Shown: positions 47,639 through 55,020 of the stretch, in pieces
Numbering within the stretch: the stretch's first letter is position 1
How the letters are laid out: each line of letters opens with the position of its first letter
NCBI GenBank assembly: GCA_045630225.1
Contig: JAZQSR010000062.1
Span: 1-55,020, forward strand
DNA length: 55,020 nt
Source of the DNA: Treponema sp.
GTDB taxonomy: Bacteria; Spirochaetota; Spirochaetia; Treponematales; Treponemataceae
Direction: 5' to 3'
Position numbers and translations under genes: made by a program
The notes under the pieces: model-generated
What the model saw: the letters and a program-made list of their open reading frames with translations, nothing else
Told to the model about the DNA's origin: nothing
The model's database searches: none

Positions 47639-48541
47639 ATGTTAACAGAAGCAGAACTGCAGAAAAAGTGGGAAAGTCTCACCTTTACCGACGATTTTAT
47701 CTTTTCTCGTGTCATGCACGACGAGCATATTTGTCGTCAAGTAGTAGAACTGATTCTTGGAATACGGATTGGAAAGATACGCTACCTTTCAGCACAAGAT
47801 GAACATAAAACCGACCCAGATTCCATGCGAATCATCATGGATGTTTTCTTGCGGGATGAAAATCGCATCATCAACGTAGAAATGCAAACTGGCCACAAGA
47901 AGGAGCTCCCTAAACGGAGTCGTTATTATCAAAGCGTGGCAGATGTAAGTACCACCTCAACAGGAACCAAGTACCGAGATTTACCAGAAAACATCCTTAT
48001 CTTCATTTGTACTTTTGACCCTTTTGACAGAAATTATCCTCGTTACACCTTCCAGTACATCTGCAATGAGGATAAAGGGCTCAAACTAAAAGACGGTTCT
48101 CTTCGAATATTTTTAAATACTAAGGCCACTCAACTTTCAGCCCTTGACCAGAAGTTACAAGCATTTTATCATTATTTACAGGAAGGTGTTGCTGAATCCA
48201 GCTTAACACAAGAGATTTCCAGCAAAATTACCACACTGAAAAATAATTCCATTGAAAGGAGGTCGTTCATGACACTGGCTCTAAAAATGGCTGATATAGA
48301 ATACGATGCATATGAAAGTGGTTTCGAGAGAGGCCATGAAGCCGGACTCCAAGTTGGTATCCAACAAGGAATTGAACAAGGAATTGAACAAGGAATTGAG
48401 CAAGGGTTGGAACGTGGAGCCCACCAAAAAGCCTTAGAAACAGCAAAAAATCTTCTTTCCATGGGATTATCCCCTGAGCAAGTAGCCCAAGGCACCAATC
48501 TCCCTCTGGAAACTGTCCAACAAATTCAATCAAGCTTGTAG
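47639..48541 (+). CDS. Rpn-family (PD-(D/E)XK nuclease / YhgA-like) protein, long form
   Basis: FTDDFIFSRVM, DV......INVEMQ, LPKRSRYYQS, IFICTFDPF; GIEQ repeats and a C-terminal AKNLL..G......A..T.L helix. Confidence 0.92.
   Translation: MLTEAELQKKWESLTFTDDFIFSRVMHDEHICRQVVELILGIRIGKIRYLSAQDEHKTDPDSMRIIMDVFLRDENRIINVEMQTGHKKELPKRSRYYQSVADVSTTSTGTKYRDLPENILIFICTFDPFDRNYPRYTFQYICNEDKGLKLKDGSLRIFLNTKATQLSALDQKLQAFYHYLQEGVAESSLTQEISSKITTLKNNSIERRSFMTLALKMADIEYDAYESGFERGHEAGLQVGIQQGIEQGIEQGIEQGLERGAHQKALETAKNLLSMGLSPEQVAQGTNLPLETVQQIQSSL
48269..48541 (+). CDS. Putative intragenic small antitoxin form (RpnS-like), 90 aa
   Basis: AAAGGAGGT Shine-Dalgarno inside rpn, 5 nt before an in-frame ATG (MTLALKMAD...). 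Confidence 0.7.
   Translation: MTLALKMADIEYDAYESGFERGHEAGLQVGIQQGIEQGIEQGIEQGLERGAHQKALETAKNLLSMGLSPEQVAQGTNLPLETVQQIQSSL
48365..48412 (+). repeat. 12-bp tandem repeat x4 (QGIE) in the rpn linker
   Basis: caaggaattgaa, caaggaattgaa, caaggaattgag, caagggttggaa. Confidence 0.9.
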
Positions 48542-48549
48542 GAGCAATT

Positions 48550-48927
48550 TTGTCTTTTTTCAAACCATTGGATTACCTACTGATTTTATTGGGGCTCATA
48601 CTTTGCACCTTTTCTGTTATGGCAGCTACCACTCAACAGGATGGTACGCCCCTACTCATTGTATCAAGCCCCGCAAATGAATATATCTATCCACTGGATA
48701 CAGACACCACCGTCCAAATTCCTGGGTTGGAGGGGATTTCCACAATTCAAATCCAGGAAGGACAGGCTCGGTATCTGGACTCTCCCTGTGCAAACAAAAC
48801 CTGTGTGGCCGCAAGTCCCATTCACCGCAATGGAGAGTGGTCAGCCTGTCTTCCCAACGGAATTTTCATGCGGGTGGAGAACTCCTCCTCTAACAGCACC
48901 AACGACATTGACATAATGGCCTTCTAA
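48550..48927 (+). CDS. NusG domain II-containing membrane-anchored protein
   Basis: N-terminal TM helix; G..G...I.I..G.AR..DSPCANKTCV...I...G....CLPN signature. Confidence 0.85.
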   Translation: MSFFKPLDYLLILLGLILCTFSVMAATTQQDGTPLLIVSSPANEYIYPLDTDTTVQIPGLEGISTIQIQEGQARYLDSPCANKTCVAASPIHRNGEWSACLPNGIFMRVENSSSNSTNDIDIMAF

Positions 48928-48942
48928 CTTCATAGTATCATC

Positions 48943-50319
48943 ATGGCAAAGAAAAAAACTGGATCTATCATCTACAAATGTACCTCCTGTGGGTACACTC
49001 AGCCTCGTTGGCTTGGACGTTGCCCCGAATGTGGTGAATGGAATAGCCTTGTGGAACATGTGGCCGACGAAGCCGCTCGAATCCCTTCCTTTGCAGGAGT
49101 TTCTGGTTCCCTGACAGTGCGTGCAAAGCCCGTTTCCCTAGCTTCCGTAAATCCCATGGAAGGAAGTCGCATTTCCACTGGCATAGCAGAATTTGATCGA
49201 GTGCTGGGCGGTGGTGCCATGAAGCGCTCTGCCGTCCTCATTGGTGGGGAGCCAGGAATTGGAAAATCCACCCTACTTTTACAAACTGCCGCCCAAATGG
49301 CTGCCTCCAAAGTAGCAGGCCCCATTCTCTACGTATCGGGAGAGGAGTCTGCCGCCCAAATTCGAGCTCGAGCAGATCGACTGGGCCTCACAAAATCTGT
49401 AAGCACTGGCCTGGATTTGCTGTGCACCACCCACCTGGCAGACATCGAAGACGCCCTCAACGCCATGAATCCCAGCTTTGTGGTCATCGATTCAATTCAG
49501 ACGGTGTATAGCCCAGATGCAGGCATTGTTCCTGGCACTGTGAATCAGCTGAAATATTGCACCAACGAGCTGATTGGCTGGGTAAAGGAGCGGGATGCAG
49601 TGCTGGTTATTACCGCCCACGTTACCAAGGAAGGTGTTATTGCAGGCCCTAAATCCCTAGAACACATGGTGGATGCCGTTATCTCCTTTGAAAAAAACGA
49701 AGAACAGGTGCGATTCCTTCGGGCTCAGAAAAATCGCTTTGGCTCAGTGGACGAACTGGGAATTTTTGCCATGACAGAAGCAGGCCTCATTCCTGTGGAG
49801 GATCCCTCTACCCTCTTTATTACCCGCCGCAGTGGCCAGCTTCCTGCAGGTGTAGCCTCCGTTCCTGTTTTTGAAGGAAGCCGCGTCTTCCTAGTGGAAA
49901 TCCAAGCCCTCACCGTGCCTGCCAAGGCTTCTATCACTAGGGTTTATTCAGATAAAATCGACTCAGCACGAGTAAGCCGTGTAGCAGCAGTACTGGAAAA
50001 ACGAGCGGGACTACGATTCAGCGACCAAGATATTTACATCAATGTGGCAGGTGGCGTCCGACTCACAGAAAGTGCCATTGATGGAGCCTTGGCAGCAGCC
50101 CTCTATTCCGCCCGCACCGACCTTCCTCTGCCAGAAAATGCCGCCATTGTGGGAGAACTGAGCCTTGCAGGAGAAATCCGCCCCGTCAATCGCATCAAGC
50201 AGCGGGCAAAGGCCGCCAGTGGATTAGGCTATTCCACCGTGCTGGCCCCAGAAAAAGAAGAAGGTGTTACCTGTGTCAAAGACATAAAATCCCTTATCAA
50301 GGCCCTCTTTTCAAAATAG
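48943..50319 (+). CDS. radA: DNA repair protein RadA/Sms
   Basis: C4 zinc finger CTSCG..W.GRCPECGEWN, GEPGIGKSTL, DSIQT, KNRFG, Lon-like C-domain. Confidence 0.97.
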   Translation: MAKKKTGSIIYKCTSCGYTQPRWLGRCPECGEWNSLVEHVADEAARIPSFAGVSGSLTVRAKPVSLASVNPMEGSRISTGIAEFDRVLGGGAMKRSAVLIGGEPGIGKSTLLLQTAAQMAASKVAGPILYVSGEESAAQIRARADRLGLTKSVSTGLDLLCTTHLADIEDALNAMNPSFVVIDSIQTVYSPDAGIVPGTVNQLKYCTNELIGWVKERDAVLVITAHVTKEGVIAGPKSLEHMVDAVISFEKNEEQVRFLRAQKNRFGSVDELGIFAMTEAGLIPVEDPSTLFITRRSGQLPAGVASVPVFEGSRVFLVEIQALTVPAKASITRVYSDKIDSARVSRVAAVLEKRAGLRFSDQDIYINVAGGVRLTESAIDGALAAALYSARTDLPLPENAAIVGELSLAGEIRPVNRIKQRAKAASGLGYSTVLAPEKEEGVTCVKDIKSLIKALFSK

Positions 50320-50400
50320 CTTGCTTTCCCCCTCATCGCCAACAATACCTCCCATTGTTTCCCGTGCCGATTTATGGTACACTGGAGCAATGGAGGCATC

Positions 50401-51324
50401 ATGCTCAAAGGGAAACATCTAATTGAACCATCGAACCTAACAATACAGGAAATCGACGAGATTTGCGACTTAGCAGACCAAATGATTGTTGATCCAGCTA
50501 CTTTTTCTGATGTGTGTCGTGGGAAAATTCTTGCGACACTTTTTTTTGAGCCAAGCACCAGAACTCGGCTTTCCTTCGAGGCTGCAATGCTTCGGCTAGG
50601 AGGCTCTGTTTTAGGCTTTTCCGACTCATCCAACAGCTCCACCACAAAGGGAGAAACCCTTGCAGACACCATCCGTACCGTGGCATCCTACGTGGACATT
50701 ATCGCCATGCGTAATCCCAAGGAAGGATCTGCCTTGGTGGGCTCTCAATATTCCACAGTGCCTGTAATCAACGCAGGAGACGGTGGCCATCATCACCCCA
50801 CTCAAACTCTCACAGACCTGCTGACTATCCGCTCCCTAAAAGGCGGATTTGAAGGTCACACCATCGGTTTTTGTGGTGACTTAAAGTTTGGACGAACCGT
50901 TCACAGTCTAGCCAAGGCCATGAGCCGTTACAAAAACAACAAATTCGTTCTCATCAATCCACCAGAATTGGAAATTCCACAATACATCACTCAGCAGGTA
51001 TTTCAACCCGCAGGTATTGAATGTGTTCAAGCCCTCAGATTAGAGGAAGTTATCGGGGATTTGGATATTCTCTACATGACACGAGTGCAGGCAGAACGAT
51101 TCTTTAACGAGCAGGATTATATCCGCTTAAAGGATAGCTATATTCTGGACAAGGAAAAGATGAAAATGGCAAAGGATTCCATGATTGTGCTGCATCCACT
51201 GCCCAGAGTAAATGAAATTTCCCCAGAGGTGGACAGTGACCCACGAGCCGCCTACTTTAAGCAGGTAAAATACGGCATGTTTGCCCGCATGGCCTTAATC
51301 GCAAAATTAACAGGAGTCCTCTGA
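50401..51324 (+). CDS. pyrB: Aspartate carbamoyltransferase catalytic subunit
   Basis: [39 protein letters not shown]; GGAGG before ATG 50401. Confidence 0.98.
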   Translation: MLKGKHLIEPSNLTIQEIDEICDLADQMIVDPATFSDVCRGKILATLFFEPSTRTRLSFEAAMLRLGGSVLGFSDSSNSSTTKGETLADTIRTVASYVDIIAMRNPKEGSALVGSQYSTVPVINAGDGGHHHPTQTLTDLLTIRSLKGGFEGHTIGFCGDLKFGRTVHSLAKAMSRYKNNKFVLINPPELEIPQYITQQVFQPAGIECVQALRLEEVIGDLDILYMTRVQAERFFNEQDYIRLKDSYILDKEKMKMAKDSMIVLHPLPRVNEISPEVDSDPRAAYFKQVKYGMFARMALIAKLTGVL

Positions 51325-51758
51325 TGCTCAGCGTAAACACCATCAAAAACGGCTTGGTAATTGACCATATTCGTGCAGGCAGTGGCCCCAGAATCTTTTC
51401 CTGGCTGGGACTAGACAAGGCCAGCTATCGAGTTGCCCTGATTATGAATGTTCCCTCCCAGCGCTTGGGAAAAAAGGACATCATCAAAATCGACAACATT
51501 ATCAACATAGATTATTCCGTGCTGGGCTTCATCGACCCCAACATCACCGTAAATTTGGTGCAAAATGAATCCATCGTGCGGAAAATCGACCTTGTACTTC
51601 CAGACAAGGTGGAAAACGTCATTCGCTGCAAGAATCCCCGCTGTATCACCACCACGGAATCCTACTTGAACCAGATTTTCCGCTTGGTAGACAGATCTCG
51701 CGGAGAATATCGCTGCGAATATTGCGACGAACTGCATCGTGCAGAAATGGGAGTTTAA
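51324..51758 (+). CDS. pyrI: Aspartate carbamoyltransferase regulatory subunit
   Basis: [25 protein letters not shown]...CEYC zinc site. Confidence 0.96.
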   Translation: MLSVNTIKNGLVIDHIRAGSGPRIFSWLGLDKASYRVALIMNVPSQRLGKKDIIKIDNIINIDYSVLGFIDPNITVNLVQNESIVRKIDLVLPDKVENVIRCKNPRCITTTESYLNQIFRLVDRSRGEYRCEYCDELHRAEMGV

Positions 51759-51763
51759 GCTAC

Positions 51764-53239
51764 ATGAATAAAACCTGCTTTTACAATGCCCGCTTGGTGG
51801 ATGCCAATACCGATACTCCCGGAATGCTATTGGTAGCAGAAGGAAAAATCAGTGCAGTGATAGAAGGTAATTTTTCAGCTGAATCAGCAAAGTCACTAGC
51901 AGAAAATTTCTTTGCAGATCAAGAGACTGATGCTGCCATCAATTTTGTTGACTGCAAAGCCATGATTTTACAGCCAGCCTTCATCGACCTCCACGCTCAC
52001 TTCCGCTATCCTGGTCAGGGCCAAAAGGAAGAGCTTACCACTGCCCTAGCCGCCGCTGCCGCTGGTGGATTTGGTACGCTGGTACTCATGCCCAATACCA
52101 TTCCCGCCATTTCCTCCAAGGAGCTGGTGGAACAGGTGTGCAACGATGCCCATGCCTTGGGAATTGCCGATGTAATTCAGTCTATTACCCTCACCAAGGA
52201 TTATTCTGGCAATGACACCAGCCATTTGCAACAGCTTTCAGCCTTTGTTGATGGCACTCCACCTTCTGCAGGTCAGGTTGCCATGGCTACAGAAGATGGC
52301 AAGGACGTGGAATCTTCATCTACCATGCTAGAGGCCATGAAAATTTGCGGACAAAAGAATATCACCGTGGCCTGTCACAGCGAAGACATGACCTTGGCTG
52401 CCACCGCTCGTCCTTTCAGAAAGGTTGCCACAGATATTTTTGCTGCCCATGCCCCCCAGCCACAAGAAGCACTGGGAGCTATTCCAGACACCACAGATTC
52501 CAGCAATCCTGAAATCAAAAAAGCCCTGGCATCCTTGGAAGAAGCCAACAAACTCTTATCCTTGGCAGAAGATATTGCCACAGACAGGAATATTCGCCTT
52601 GCCCACCAAGCAGGCTGTCACATCCACCTGTCCCACGTAAGTACTGCTGGAGCCATGGAGGCCATCCGTGCCGCCAAGGCCAAGGGTTATCGAGTTAGCT
52701 GCGAGGTAACGCCCCATCACCTGGGCCTCAGCGTTGCAGACAATGATCCCAGCTTGCGGCACATTGTCAATCCGCCTCTTCGTAGCGAACAGGATCGTCA
52801 GGCTATGATTCAAGCCCTGCTGGATGGAACTGCCGACTGCATTTCCACAGACCACGCTCCCCACACCGCCCAAGACAAAGCCAACGGAGCCCCTGGATTT
52901 TCTGGCTTGGAGACAGCCTACGGCGTGTTCAATTCAGTGCTTGTGCAGGGAATCCAAGGTGCAGCCAGTGGCAAAACCCTCACTGCCAGCCAGCTTTCCC
53001 AGCTTATGGCCGCAAATCCCGCCCGCCTGCTAAAGCTCCACCAAGGAGCCGAACCACGGGGCCTCTTGCAACCAGGCTTTGTAGCAGACCTGACACTTTG
53101 CAATCCCACCGCCCAGTGGACAGTCTGTGGCCAGAACTTTGCTTCCAAGGGCAAGTACACCCCACTGGAAGGAAAAAGGCTCACAGGAAAAGTCCTTGCC
53201 ACCTACCATCGTGGTCGGGAAGTGTTTAAGTCAGAGTAA
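51764..53239 (+). CDS. pyrC: Dihydroorotase
   Basis: IDLHAHFRYPG, MPNT.P, HSED, HLSHVST, CEVTPHHL, NPPLR, TDHAPH, PGFSGLET; start set at ATG 51764. Confidence 0.94.
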   Translation: MNKTCFYNARLVDANTDTPGMLLVAEGKISAVIEGNFSAESAKSLAENFFADQETDAAINFVDCKAMILQPAFIDLHAHFRYPGQGQKEELTTALAAAAAGGFGTLVLMPNTIPAISSKELVEQVCNDAHALGIADVIQSITLTKDYSGNDTSHLQQLSAFVDGTPPSAGQVAMATEDGKDVESSSTMLEAMKICGQKNITVACHSEDMTLAATARPFRKVATDIFAAHAPQPQEALGAIPDTTDSSNPEIKKALASLEEANKLLSLAEDIATDRNIRLAHQAGCHIHLSHVSTAGAMEAIRAAKAKGYRVSCEVTPHHLGLSVADNDPSLRHIVNPPLRSEQDRQAMIQALLDGTADCISTDHAPHTAQDKANGAPGFSGLETAYGVFNSVLVQGIQGAASGKTLTASQLSQLMAANPARLLKLHQGAEPRGLLQPGFVADLTLCNPTAQWTVCGQNFASKGKYTPLEGKRLTGKVLATYHRGREVFKSE

Positions 53240-53243
53240 AAAT

Positions 53244-53280
53244 AAGGGGGAGTTTTCCACAAGGAGAACTCCCCTTTTAT
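53244..53280. terminator. Bidirectional terminator
   Basis: aagggggagttttcc-acaa-ggagaactcccctttt between convergent genes. Confidence 0.85.
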
Positions 53281-53320
53281 TGAACGTCGCCATGGAATAT
53301 CTTGCTTCATGGCGATTTTT

Positions 53321-53653
53321 TTATTGACGTGTTAAATCCTTCAAAAAACTCATCATGTATTCTGATTGACATGGAGTGAGACGATGGAAATAATTTAAAA
53401 TTTCATTATCAAGTAAAATTGTATTTTTCACATCTGAGCTAAAAAAATCTTCAGGTGTAATTTGCAAGTACTCACAGATTTTCAGGAAACCAGCAATGGT
53501 TGTGGAATTTTTTCCAGTTTCTATTTTATTGATGTAAGTTTCATTCTGACCAAGAGCAAGACTCATTTCCCGTGCAGAAATTTTCCGCTCATTCCGCAGA
53601 AACCTAAGTCTATCTCGAAAAAAATCCTCTGTAACAACGCTATACTCTTTCAT
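53321..53653 (-). CDS. XRE/Cro-C1 family HTH transcriptional regulator
   Basis: RLRFLRNERKISAREMSLALGQNETYINKIETGK HTH; an alternative start exists at 53674. Confidence 0.9.
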   Translation of the reverse strand: MKEYSVVTEDFFRDRLRFLRNERKISAREMSLALGQNETYINKIETGKNSTTIAGFLKICEYLQITPEDFFSSDVKNTILLDNEILNYFHRLTPCQSEYMMSFLKDLTRQ

Positions 53654-53690
53654 TTTTACAGCATTATACGCCATGATTTTATCGATAAAT

Positions 53691-53764
53691 TGCTTGACAA
53701 GCTATGCATTATAAATAATAATGCTTATAAAGCAATACTAGCAAATAAGACTGCATAAAAAGCA
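53691..53764. promoter_or_regulatory. Three operator-like palindromes TGC(T/A)TnnnAAGC(A/T) in a divergent promoter
   Basis: tgcttgacaagct (53691), tgcttataaagca (53722), tgcataaaaagca (53752); the first contains TTGACA. Confidence 0.6.
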
Positions 53765-53807
53765 ATATTTATGTGCAGGATGTTAGTTTTTAGGAGGAAG
53801 TTATAAC

Positions 53808-53987
53808 ATGGATTTACCAGAAATAAATATTCAACAGGAAGAACAGTTTAAGGCTATCAAGAGGGCAGCAGAAGGAGGGAATGTTGGCTCGATGATACAA
53901 CTTGTAGAACTCTATGAGAAAGGTATAGGTACGGATCAAGACTTAAAGCTTGCCAAACATTGGCGTACTCAGGCAGGTCTGTCATAG
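53808..53987 (+). CDS. Small single Sel1-like-repeat protein (59 aa, not in the ORF track)
   Basis: AGGAGG RBS; AAEGGNVGSMIQLVELYEKGIGTDQDLKLAKHW fits the SEL1 consensus. Confidence 0.75.
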   Translation: MDLPEINIQQEEQFKAIKRAAEGGNVGSMIQLVELYEKGIGTDQDLKLAKHWRTQAGLS

Positions 53988-54057
53988 CCAGAAGGTGAGC
54001 AATAATAATACGTTTTACTAGCCAATTTAATTGGCAATTATATTTTTCAGGAGGAAC

Positions 54058-55020
54058 ATGATGTTCAAAAATAAAAGCAAAATGGTGCTTGTAGCCATCT
54101 TCTGTACGGTCGCTGTGTGTACAAGTTTTCTCGCTTGTAACAAAAATGAAGGTAATACAAATGCTGGTATTGGTACTGAATCAAGTTTTTCTAGTAGCAA
54201 TACAAGCAAAAAGAAAGTTAAGAAAGCAAAGTTGCCTACAAAACCTAGTGCAGAGGAAGACTTTATTGTAACATTGACCAGGGATAGTAAGGGAGCTCAA
54301 GTTACTGGGTATTTGGGAAATGGAGGTGGGGTGTATATTCCTGCCACAATCCAAGGATTACCTGTCAAACGTGTTGACATGGAGATTCCTCGTACAGCTG
54401 GCGTAACTTCATTGGTAGTGTCCGATGGTTGTGAATATGTCCGTGTTTTTAGTGATAAGGATGAATATGGAGAGAGAACAATACTGGAGATTACTAATAT
54501 ATCTCTGCCGGACACTGTAGAAACCTATAATTTACGTAATACAATGATTACCGAATTTGAAGTTCCTGCTAATGCAAAGAGAGTTGGACGATTACCTATT
54601 ACCTTAGAAAAAATCACTTTTAGAGGTGTCCCAGAAGGAATTTATGAGGGTGCACTTGAAGGCACTCAGATAACTAATATAGAACTTCCTGAAGGCATGA
54701 AACATATAGAAAACGAAGCTTTTATAAACTGTGAAATGTTAACATCAGTTATCCTGCCAAACACCATTACTCGTATAGGTGGATATAAGGGCGATGCCAA
54801 CGTCTTTGCTAATTGTATTGCGTTAAAATCAATCAATCTACCAGTAAGTTTAGAACTTATTGGAGTTGGCTCTTTTATGAACTGTACTAATCTTAAAGAG
54901 TTAGTAATTCCCGAATCTTTAACTTCCATCAGAAACATTTATATAAAAGCTTTTAAAGGATGCTCTAACTTACCTTTGGCGACTCAAGCAAAATTAAAAC
55001 AACTAGGGTATCGAGATACC
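54058..55020 (+). CDS. BspA/TpLRR-family leucine-rich-repeat surface lipoprotein (partial, runs off the window)
   Basis: GGAGG RBS; lipobox FLA|C; IPATIQGLPV; repeats LPEGMKHIENEAFINC..LTSVILP, LKSINLP.SLELIG..SF.NC.NL; frame open to the window end. Confidence 0.88.
   Translation, partial: MMFKNKSKMVLVAIFCTVAVCTSFLACNKNEGNTNAGIGTESSFSSSNTSKKKVKKAKLPTKPSAEEDFIVTLTRDSKGAQVTGYLGNGGGVYIPATIQGLPVKRVDMEIPRTAGVTSLVVSDGCEYVRVFSDKDEYGERTILEITNISLPDTVETYNLRNTMITEFEVPANAKRVGRLPITLEKITFRGVPEGIYEGALEGTQITNIELPEGMKHIENEAFINCEMLTSVILPNTITRIGGYKGDANVFANCIALKSINLPVSLELIGVGSFMNCTNLKELVIPESLTSIRNIYIKAFKGCSNLPLATQAKLKQLGYRDT

Noticed and set aside
48365-48412. CRISPR-like repeats
   Set aside because: These are 12-bp coding tandem repeats without spacers; no CRISPR array or cas gene was seen in the window
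47639-48541. Calling rpn an IS transposase that mobilises the island
   Set aside because: No terminal inverted repeats or target duplications flank it, and the internal start site fits the toxin-antitoxin model better

Overview
A 55 kb chromosomal window, most likely from an anaerobic host-associated spirochaete (Treponemataceae-like; inferred from the lipoprotein signal peptides, a BspA-type LRR protein, an Rsm22-like gene next to merR-der-ptsI, and large putative beta-barrel proteins). The housekeeping blocks are class III ribonucleotide reductase nrdDG flanked by two hemerythrins and an MCP, ptsI-der-merR-methyltransferase, an FMN-riboswitch ribD-ribE-ribBA-ribH operon, two glycosyltransferases, an amino-acid ABC importer, metY, nagA, radA and pyrB-pyrI-pyrC. 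The most notable region (about 31.4-47.2 kb) is a near self-contained molybdoenzyme respiration island. It holds a Tat-exported Cys-ligated DMSO-reductase-family enzyme with Fe-S, anchor and chaperone subunits, its own tatBAC, a MenA-like prenyltransferase next to an ATPase-less ABC importer, mobA and two rhodaneses. It also holds a FecCD/BtuCD-type ABC importer plus NTPase under a Moco RNA motif, and no moa/moe/mog or modABC genes appear in the window. This makes it a candidate molybdenum-cofactor and quinone-precursor scavenging system; a MolABC-type molybdate importer is the conservative alternative. Other points of interest: an XRE-controlled cassette of four tiny proteins beside a RelB antitoxin and a nonsense-inactivated YoeB toxin, an Rpn nuclease with an internal antitoxin start site, an unassigned 270-nt structured element upstream of rpn, a 31-bp direct repeat bracketing the amino-acid ABC operon, and many apparently leaderless genes. 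All calls come from reading motifs by eye; no database searches were run.
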